Source: Anaerolineae bacterium (lineage in GTDB: Bacteria; Chloroflexota; Anaerolineae; CG2-30-64-16). From it: a stretch of 64,000 bases of DNA. Below the pieces are notes generated by a model. The model made no database searches, was not told the DNA's origin, and worked only from the letters and a program-made list of their open reading frames with translations. Position 1 is the first letter of the stretch, and each line of letters begins with the position of its first letter. The stretch is taken from positions 10,713-74,712 of the forward strand of contig DAOTZV010000182.1 in NCBI GenBank assembly GCA_034434235.1. Reading direction: 5' to 3'. The position numbers and the translations under genes were made by a program. This document shows positions 54,892 to 64,000 of this stretch, in pieces.

Positions 54892-56043
54892 GTGAGCAAT
54901 TCGGAAACAACAGCGACCAAAGGATTGGCCGGCATCGTCGTCGCCGACACCAGCATCAGCTATGTGGACGGCAACCAGGGCATCCTGGAGTATCGGGGCT
55001 ACGATATTCGCGTCTTGGCCGAACACAGCACGTTCGAAGAGGTCGCCTATCTGCTGTGGAACGGCAAGCTTCCCACCGTCCAGGAGCTACAGGCGATGAA
55101 GGCTCAGGCGCGCGCCTGTCGCTTCCTGCCGCCCGAGATCATCGTGGCTTTGCGCAACATGCCGAAGAACGCCGATCCGATGGCGGTGATGCGGACGGCG
55201 GTTTCCATGTTGGCGCACTACGACCCGGAGGCCGAGGACAACACGCCGCTGGCGCATCAGCACAAGGCATGTCGCCTGTTGGGGCAGATCTCGGGCGTGG
55301 TGGCGGCCTATGAGCGGATCCGCCGCGGCGAGGAGCCGATCAAGCCGCGCATGGACCTGGATCATGCCGCGAATTTCCTCTGGATGCTCACGGGCGAAGA
55401 CCCGGAGCCGCTGGCGGCCAAGGCGCTCGACCAGTATCTGCTGTTGCTGGCCGAGCACGAGCTGAACGCCTCCACTTTTACGGCGCGGGTGATCGCCTCG
55501 ACCGGTTCGGAGCTGCACTCGGCGATCACGGGCGCGCTCGGCGCGCTGAAAGGCCCGGCCCACGGCGCGGCCGTGCAGGAAGCCATGATGCAGTTTTTGG
55601 AGATCGGCTCGGCCGACAACGTGGAAGCGTGGTTCAAGAAGGCGCGCGCCGAGGGCCGACGGATCATGGGGATCGGCCATCGCGTCTACAAGGTGCGCGA
55701 TCCGCGCGCCGGTCCGCTGATGAAGAACGTGGAGATGATGGTTGACGCCACGGGCGAGCGCCAATGGTTCGACATCGCCCGTCGCCTGGAAGCGGTGGCC
55801 ACGCAAGACCCGTACTTCAAGGAACGCAACTTGAGCGCCAACGTGGACTTCTACTCCGCGCCGCTGCTCTATTCCATCGGCATTCCGGTGGATGCGTTCA
55901 CCTGTATGTTCGCCATGAGCCGCATCGTGGGCTGGACGGCGCACGTGTACGAGCAGCAGGCCGACAATCGCCTGATCCGGCCGCTCGGCAATTACACGGG
56001 GCAACACCAGTTGCCGTGGGTGCCGCTGGAAGAGCGGCAGTAG
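54892..56043 (+). CDS. Citrate synthase (short ~380-aa type; could be 2-methylcitrate synthase)
   Basis: Conserved GHRVYK..DPR and acetyl-CoA/oxaloacetate site residues. GGGAGGAGG RBS, GTG start. Confidence 0.85.
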   Translation: MSNSETTATKGLAGIVVADTSISYVDGNQGILEYRGYDIRVLAEHSTFEEVAYLLWNGKLPTVQELQAMKAQARACRFLPPEIIVALRNMPKNADPMAVMRTAVSMLAHYDPEAEDNTPLAHQHKACRLLGQISGVVAAYERIRRGEEPIKPRMDLDHAANFLWMLTGEDPEPLAAKALDQYLLLLAEHELNASTFTARVIASTGSELHSAITGALGALKGPAHGAAVQEAMMQFLEIGSADNVEAWFKKARAEGRRIMGIGHRVYKVRDPRAGPLMKNVEMMVDATGERQWFDIARRLEAVATQDPYFKERNLSANVDFYSAPLLYSIGIPVDAFTCMFAMSRIVGWTAHVYEQQADNRLIRPLGNYTGQHQLPWVPLEERQ

Positions 56044-56063
56044 GGGCCATCTATCCTCCACCC

Positions 56064-56090
56064 GTAGCGCAAGCCTCCGGCTTGCGCTAC
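56064..56090. repeat. Palindrome, family 1, after the citrate synthase stop
   Basis: GTAGCGCAAGCC-TCC-GGCTTGCGCTAC. Confidence 0.7.
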
Positions 56091-56111
56091 GGTCCTCTCC
56101 GGGCAAGCTGC

Positions 56112-57632
56112 TCAACCGCGCGCCAGTTGCGGCACGATGAAGCGCAGCAGCGCGTAAAGGGACAAGATCGGCAGACCGGCAAACGGCAACGCAAACAGCA
56201 GGCCGTGCAAGACAGGCAACGGACGGCCGACCACCCGCTCGATCAGCGCCGGGCCGAAATCCAGGACCGCCACGCCGGCCGCAAACGCCACGGTGATCGC
56301 CAGCGGCCATTTCGGCAATCCCGCGCCGCTCAAGACCCCCCAGGCGGCCAGCGCAACGGTCAAGACCCCCAATCCCGCCGCCAGATAGCGCCCCACTCCC
56401 CCGGCCACCACCGCCTCCCAACCCACCGCAAACGCGAACGCCAGCGGGATCAGCGCGGTGAACAGATAGCGGCCCTGATGCTGCACGAACTGGGTGTTAT
56501 ACCAGACGTAGGTGAGGAGCGTCAGGAGCACGGATGAGAGCAGAAGGAGAAAGGCGCGGCGCTGTGAAACGTGAAACGTGAAATGTGAAACGTGATGTTT
56601 GACGTTTGACGTTTGACGTTCGACGCGCATGATCGCGCCGGCCGCGGCCAGGCCGCTCAGCAGGGCCAGGGCGAAGTAGATGCGGCTATCCATAAAGACG
56701 CCCAGCCAGCCGAAGACTCCCCAGAAGCTCTTGAAGGTGAACTCGATCGCGCGGCGGAGATACGCGGCCCAGCCGACCTGCGCCAGAAACTCGCCGGTGC
56801 GGGTTTGCCCCACCACGATTTGGTCGTGCCGGATCAACCCCAGGAAATCGGGCCAACCGTAGACCGCCAGATTGCGCGCATACCACGGCAGGGCGATCAG
56901 CGCCAGCGGCCCGACGACCAGGGCCGCCTCCAGGAGCATGGGGCGCCATCCGACCCGCAGCCGACGCCAACGCCAGATCAGCACGCCCGCGGCAAGCGCC
57001 ACCGCGATGTAGGCCGTCGTCTTGGTGATCAGGATCAGGCCCAACAGGATGCCCAGGATGGCCGATGAACGTCGGCCCGCGGCCGCGGGCGCCAACACCT
57101 GGCCGATCAAGATGTAGAGCACGACTGCGAAGAGCAGCTCGGCCAATACATCGTTGCCCACCTGCGAGACGGTCGCCAGATGTTGGGGCAAAAACGCCAC
57201 GAAAGCCGCCGTGGCCAGCGCCAGATGCCCGCGGCGCGGGGCCAGCCGCCGCGCGATCGCGTAGGCCGGCAACACCACGCCCGCGCCCAACAACACCGAA
57301 ACCAGCCGCAACGGCAACAGCGCGCCTTGCGTCAGGCCATACACCGGCGCCAGCAACGCGTAGTAGAGCGGCGGCTGATGGAATTCGTAGCGGATCGGAT
57401 CGATGCTCAGCCCGGCCGGAAACCGGCGGCTCTTGATTTCTTCCAGATATCCATGCGGATAGTCGCCCATTTGCAGCACGGGAAAGCTGGCCGTCGTGGC
57501 GACGAAACGGATATAGTTGTAATGCGCCGGCTCGTCGGGCGCCTGCCAGGCCGGCGTGCGCCACGCGAAGAGGGTGGCGAGCGCCAGATACGCAATGAGG
57601 ACGACCAGGAGGACGAAATGACGAAAACGCAT
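56112..57632 (-). CDS. GT-C-fold glycosyltransferase (PMT/ArnT-like, GT39/GT83-type) membrane protein
   Basis: ~11 TM helices, N-terminal DE-containing first loop (WQAPDEPAHY). A heptamer-repeat tract is inserted in-frame. Confidence 0.7.
   Translation of the reverse strand: MRFRHFVLLVVLIAYLALATLFAWRTPAWQAPDEPAHYNYIRFVATTASFPVLQMGDYPHGYLEEIKSRRFPAGLSIDPIRYEFHQPPLYYALLAPVYGLTQGALLPLRLVSVLLGAGVVLPAYAIARRLAPRRGHLALATAAFVAFLPQHLATVSQVGNDVLAELLFAVVLYILIGQVLAPAAAGRRSSAILGILLGLILITKTTAYIAVALAAGVLIWRWRRLRVGWRPMLLEAALVVGPLALIALPWYARNLAVYGWPDFLGLIRHDQIVVGQTRTGEFLAQVGWAAYLRRAIEFTFKSFWGVFGWLGVFMDSRIYFALALLSGLAAAGAIMRVERQTSNVKHHVSHFTFHVSQRRAFLLLLSSVLLTLLTYVWYNTQFVQHQGRYLFTALIPLAFAFAVGWEAVVAGGVGRYLAAGLGVLTVALAAWGVLSGAGLPKWPLAITVAFAAGVAVLDFGPALIERVVGRPLPVLHGLLFALPFAGLPILSLYALLRFIVPQLARG
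56564..56624. repeat. Heptanucleotide repeats (GTGAAAC x4 followed by GTTTGAC x4) inside the glycosyltransferase CDS
   Basis: gtgaaac gtgaaac gtgaaat gtgaaac gtga tgtttgac gtttgac gtttgac gttcgac. Reverse complement gives CGTCAAA units, as at 658-678 and 41191-41246. They encode ...RQTSNVKHHVSHFTFHV... in the protein. Confidence 0.85.
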
Positions 57633-57651
57633 GATGGCGGCCTTTCTGAAA

Positions 57652-58632
57652 CTAACACTCATCGCCGAACACGAACAAACTCCCGATAGATTGCCGCGAC
57701 GAATTGCGCCAGATCGCTTCGCCGAAGACCGGCGCCACCGAGAGGACGGTCAACTTCGACGGCGGATTGGCAGGGGGCGGCACCGTGTCGGTCGTGATGA
57801 TCTCGCGGATCTGCTCGATCGCCAGCAGCCGATTCAGCGCGTTGCCGGCAAAGAGGCCATGCGTGCAGACCACGACGATCTCCTCGATCCCGCTGGCGAT
57901 CAGATGTCGGCTCAGCTCGATCATCGAGCCGCCGGTGGCGATCTCATCGTCGTAAATGACTGCCCGGCGATATCCCGTTACCTGGCGATCAATGGAGACG
58001 CTGATGCGCACCTCGGTGTCGGAGACGCGCGTCTTATCGGCCGAAACGACCGACAGGCCCAGCTGGCCGGCCAGGCGGGTCGCCGATCCCGCGCGGCCGA
58101 AGTCGGGCGCCACCACCAGCGTATCCCGTGGGCTGAAATCGTAACGCCGAAGGTAGTTGGCGAACAGGGCGCGGGCGGTCAGGGGATCGCAGGGGATGCT
58201 GAAGAAGCCGTGTACCTGCGGCGAATGCAGGGTCATCGTCATCACGTGCGTGGCGCCGGCGGTCTGGATCAGATCGGCGATCAGCCGGGCCGTGATCGAA
58301 ATGCGCGGCGCGTCCTTCTTGTCGGAGCGGGCATAGGAAAAGTACGGGATGATGGCATGGATCTCGCGCGCCGCGGCGCCGCGGGCGGCATCCAACATCA
58401 TGAACAGCTCCAACAGATGATCGCTGACGGGCGGCACGAGCGATTGCACGATGAACACCGCCCGCCCCCGCACACTGGCGCCCAACTGGACGTAGAGGTT
58501 GTCGTTGCTGAAGCGCCGAAAATGAGTTGGGTCGAGCGGCACCGACAGGTACGCCGCAATGCCGGCCGCCAGCGCGGGATGAGACCGGCCGCTGAAGAAA
58601 CGCACATCGTTCGGGTCCAACGCGTGACACAT
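57652..58632 (-). CDS. prs: Ribose-phosphate pyrophosphokinase
   Basis: PRPP synthetase motifs: IPYFSYARSDKK, PRPP-binding loop VIYDDEIATGGS. Confidence 0.9.
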   Translation of the reverse strand: MCHALDPNDVRFFSGRSHPALAAGIAAYLSVPLDPTHFRRFSNDNLYVQLGASVRGRAVFIVQSLVPPVSDHLLELFMMLDAARGAAAREIHAIIPYFSYARSDKKDAPRISITARLIADLIQTAGATHVMTMTLHSPQVHGFFSIPCDPLTARALFANYLRRYDFSPRDTLVVAPDFGRAGSATRLAGQLGLSVVSADKTRVSDTEVRISVSIDRQVTGYRRAVIYDDEIATGGSMIELSRHLIASGIEEIVVVCTHGLFAGNALNRLLAIEQIREIITTDTVPPPANPPSKLTVLSVAPVFGEAIWRNSSRQSIGSLFVFGDEC

Positions 58633-58689
58633 GGAGGCCTCCGATGGATCTGAAATGGGATCTAACGGGCCGGGGCGACAGGGCACGGC

Positions 58690-61098
<2,409 letters not shown>

Positions 61099-61173
61099 CG
61101 TTCCGCCTCACCATCCGCGCAAATGTTCTATGGCTATTATACACCCACCCTGCAAGCGGCCGAAAAGCGAAAA

Positions 61174-62844
61174 CTACACATCTATCACCAGCGGCAGGAT
61201 GAGCGGCCGTCGGCCGGTACGCGCGTAACAGTATTGGCTGAGCACGTCCTTGATCTTGTTGCGGATCGCCGAGCCGGTCGCCGGCACCCGCAACACCTCC
61301 CACATGCGATCCTTGGCGCCTTCGATCAGGTCGTCGGCCTCGGCCACGTAGACGAACCCGCGCGTCAGGATCTCCGGGTCGGCCACGATCTCGCCCGTGG
61401 CCGTGTTGCGCGCCACGATCGCCACCAGGAAGCCGTCGCGGGCCAGGTGTTGGCGATCGCGCAGCACGGCCGATCCGATGTCGCCGACGCTCAACCCATC
61501 CACCAGCACGTGGCCTTCGCTCACCCGTTCCCCCGGCCGGATGCCGTTTGGCCCCACCTCGACGACCTGGCCGCTCTCCACGATGACGATGTGATCGGCC
61601 GGGATGCCCATCTCCTGGGCCGTGCGGGCATGGAGCACCAGATGGCGATATTCGCCGTGCATCGGCACGAAGAAGCGGGGCCGCACGAGCGAGATCATCA
61701 TCTTGTGATCCTCGCGACTGCCGTGGCCCGACACGTGCACGTCGGACAGGTCGGAATAGATCACATCCGCGCCCAGCCGGAAGAGATCGTCTATGACGTG
61801 GTTGATCGTTTCCTCGTTGCCGGGGATCGGCGTGGCCGAAAGCACCACCGTATCGCCGGGCACGATCTGCAACTGCGCGTGTTCCTCGTTGGCCAGCCGC
61901 GCCAGCACCGAGGTCGGCTCGCCCTGGCTGCCGGTGCATACGATGACCACCTCTTCGCGCGGCAGGTTGTTCATCTCCGAGGTGGTCAACAGGTCCTCCG
62001 CGGCGATGTCCAGATAGCCCAGCTTGATCGCCATGCGCACGTTGTTGACCATGCTTCGGCCCACCACGCCCACGCGGCGGCCATAGCGCCGCGCCACCTG
62101 GATCACCTGCTGGATGCGGGAGATGTTGGACGCAAAGGTGGCCACCACCACCCGGCCCGCGGCGCGAGCCATGATGCGATCGAGGGCCTCCGTAACCCGC
62201 TGCTCCGAGGGGGTGAAGCCTTCGGTGTCGGCGTTGGTCGAATCGGAAAGGAGCAGCAGCACGCCTCGATCGCCGAGCGCGCGCAGCTTTGCCACGTCCG
62301 TCAGCCGGCCATCTACCGGCTGCTGGTCGAACTTGTAGTCGCTGGCATGGATCACCAGGCCCACCGGGGTCGTCACGGCCACGCCGACCGCGTCGGGGAT
62401 GCTGTGACACACGTGGAAGAACTCGACCTGAAACGGGCCGAAGGTCAACACATCGTCGGCCGTGATCGTGTGGAGCTCGGCGTCGGCCAGGAGGCCGGCC
62501 TCCTTGAGCTTCACCTCGGCCAGGCCGCGCGTCAGCGGGGTCGCGTAAACGGGCACGTCCAGGTACTTGAGCAGATACGGCAGAGCGCCGATGTGATCCT
62601 CGTGGCCGTGGGTCAGGATCACGGCCTGCACCCGGTCCGCCCGATTGGTCAGGTAGGTGATGTCCGGATAGACCAGGTCAATGCCGGGCATGTCGCCTTC
62701 GGGGAACATCAGGCCGACATCTATGACCAGGATCTCGCCATCATACTCCAACACCATCAAGTTCTTGCCGATCTCGCCGACGCCGCCGAGAGGGATCACC
62801 CGCAACGGATATTCCGACAAAGAGACCTCCCCTTCAAGATGCAC
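61174..62844 (-). CDS. rnj: Ribonuclease J
   Basis: Metallo-beta-lactamase motif HGHEDHIG, beta-CASP and C-terminal domain. N-terminus VIPLGGVGEIGKN. Confidence 0.9.
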   Translation of the reverse strand: MHLEGEVSLSEYPLRVIPLGGVGEIGKNLMVLEYDGEILVIDVGLMFPEGDMPGIDLVYPDITYLTNRADRVQAVILTHGHEDHIGALPYLLKYLDVPVYATPLTRGLAEVKLKEAGLLADAELHTITADDVLTFGPFQVEFFHVCHSIPDAVGVAVTTPVGLVIHASDYKFDQQPVDGRLTDVAKLRALGDRGVLLLLSDSTNADTEGFTPSEQRVTEALDRIMARAAGRVVVATFASNISRIQQVIQVARRYGRRVGVVGRSMVNNVRMAIKLGYLDIAAEDLLTTSEMNNLPREEVVIVCTGSQGEPTSVLARLANEEHAQLQIVPGDTVVLSATPIPGNEETINHVIDDLFRLGADVIYSDLSDVHVSGHGSREDHKMMISLVRPRFFVPMHGEYRHLVLHARTAQEMGIPADHIVIVESGQVVEVGPNGIRPGERVSEGHVLVDGLSVGDIGSAVLRDRQHLARDGFLVAIVARNTATGEIVADPEILTRGFVYVAEADDLIEGAKDRMWEVLRVPATGSAIRNKIKDVLSQYCYARTGRRPLILPLVIDV

Positions 62845-63391
62845 ACAACGAGCAACGTTCCATCTTCGCGCGCGCCTCCTGCCGCGCCAGGGCCAACCGA
62901 CCCTGCATGGCCGGCTCGGCCAGCGGCGGCGTCGTCATGATCAAGGCGTCCTCGCCGTCGCGATAGTAGCGGCGCCGCCGGCCGGCCACCTGGTAGCCGA
63001 GCTTGAGGTAGAGCTGCTGCGCCGCCGCATTGCCGGCGCGCACTTCCAGCGTCGAAAGCCGCGCGCCGCGCGCCATCGCGGCGTCGAGCAGGCCGAGCAT
63101 CAGATAAAGCCCCAGGCCGCATCCGCGCCAGTCGGGATGGGTGGCCACGGTCGCGATATGCGCCTCGTCCACCATCAGCCAGAACCCGCCGTAGGCCAGG
63201 ATCGCCGGCAGGGATGCCTGAGCCGGGTGAGACGCCGGCGGCCGCACCACCAGGTACGTGGCCAGGTTATTCTCCGTCAGGTCGGTCAGGTACATCCGCC
63301 GCGTCCAGGGATCCTTGAAGCAGGCCCGTTCGAGCGGCATGATGAGATCCAGGTCCTCGACCGTCATCGGCGCGATCAGAGGCAACGCCAT
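62834..63391 (-). CDS. rimI: Ribosomal-protein-alanine N-acetyltransferase
   Basis: GNAT motif IATVATHPDWRGCGLG...QLYLKLGY. It sits directly downstream of tsaB. The ORF-track N-terminal 107 aa overlap tsaB and are spurious. Confidence 0.75.
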   Translation of the reverse strand: MALPLIAPMTVEDLDLIMPLERACFKDPWTRRMYLTDLTENNLATYLVVRPPASHPAQASLPAILAYGGFWLMVDEAHIATVATHPDWRGCGLGLYLMLGLLDAAMARGARLSTLEVRAGNAAAQQLYLKLGYQVAGRRRRYYRDGEDALIMTTPPLAEPAMQGRLALARQEARAKMERCSLCAS

Positions 63392-63393
63392 CG

Positions 63394-64000
63394 TCAATCC
63401 GTCCTGGCCGGCGGCGGTTCGTGCAGGTAGATGGGGCTCAGGGTGGTCGGATCGTCGGCCTGGCCCGCGGCATAGCGTTGCCATGCCAGTTCCGCGAGAT
63501 AGCCCGCCCGGCGCACAGAGAGGGCCGGCGGCCGGAACTGCACGCGCGCCCGGCCGCTGCGCGCGGCCAACGCCGCGCGATCGGCCGGCAACAGCTCGCC
63601 GACCACCACCATCGGCCGGCCGATGGTGTCGGCGAGCGCTTCGATCGTCGAAAGCCGATAGGGGGTTTGCGCGGCCCAGCCGGCCGGGCCGTGCGCGTAG
63701 AGCGCCCAGCACACCCGGCCCCGTCCCGCCTGGATGACCGCGATCACGGGAGCCGGCGCATCCTGATGGCCGTACGCCACCGCGTCGAGGGTGGGCACGC
63801 CGAGCAGCGGCACGCCATTGGCCAGCGCGATCCCCTTGGCCGCGGCGAGCGCCACGCGCAGGCCGGTGAAGGAGCCGGGCCCGAGCGCCACGCCCACCGC
63901 CCGCAGATCCTGCGGCCCGGCGCCGGCCAGCTCCATCACGCGTGCCACCTGCGGCATCAGCTCGACCGTGTGCCGGTTGGCCGAATGCCAGTTGTATTCG
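63394..64000 (-). CDS. tsaB: tRNA threonylcarbamoyladenosine biosynthesis protein TsaB (YeaZ), N-terminus beyond the window edge
   Basis: HTVELMPQVARVMELAGAG..., GPGSFTGLRV. The reading frame stays open to nt 64000. Confidence 0.75.
   Translation of the reverse strand, partial: EYNWHSANRHTVELMPQVARVMELAGAGPQDLRAVGVALGPGSFTGLRVALAAAKGIALANGVPLLGVPTLDAVAYGHQDAPAPVIAVIQAGRGRVCWALYAHGPAGWAAQTPYRLSTIEALADTIGRPMVVVGELLPADRAALAARSGRARVQFRPPALSVRRAGYLAELAWQRYAAGQADDPTTLSPIYLHEPPPARTD

Noticed and set aside
62834-63712. 292-aa ORF upstream extension of rimI
   Set aside because: The first ~107 codons overlap tsaB in another frame and are low-complexity. RimI homology begins at MALPLIAPMTVEDL (start 63391).

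Overview
High-GC (~65-70% by eye) bacterial chromosomal window with dense coding: about 55 protein genes, many linked by 4-nt ATGA/GTGA start-stop overlaps. I saw no rRNA, tRNA, CRISPR array, transposase or integrase. All functional calls below come from motif and family recognition by eye; no database search was run.

Most of the window is housekeeping or metabolism:
- Molybdenum cofactor (partial MoeA fused to a PBP-like domain), fatty-acid oxidation (acyl-CoA dehydrogenase), purine salvage (adenine deaminase divergent from a BMP-family nucleoside ABC transporter).
- RNase PH, GH51 arabinofuranosidase, phosphoglucomutase, a peptide ABC transporter (binding protein plus two permeases), penicillin-acylase-family hydrolase.
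- rmlA, quinone oxidoreductase, a MoxR / RsmI / DUF58 / DUF4129 cluster, SUI1, citrate synthase, PRPP synthetase, FtsK, RNase J, RimI and TsaB.

The stretches that look accessory or unusual:
1. A tightly coupled minus-strand operon: XPB/ERCC3-type SF2 helicase, two large uncharacterised partner proteins, then a stand-alone CheY-like receiver. It has an AT-rich promoter/operator island upstream and an array of tandem 37-bp hairpin repeats downstream.
2. A coiled-coil protein built from near-perfect 21-nt tandem repeats, with a PD-(D/E)xK-like C-terminus.
3. A glycyl-radical enzyme plus its activase, translationally coupled to pgm.
4. A RarA-methyltransferase fusion.
5. Several dispersed repeat families: a ~100-bp MITE-like element with a second partial inverted copy, two REP-like palindrome families placed at gene 3' ends, and CGTCRRR heptamer microsatellites, two of them inserted in-frame inside CDSs.

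Many long ORFs on the opposite strand or in other frames of real genes are GC-driven shadow ORFs and were discarded.
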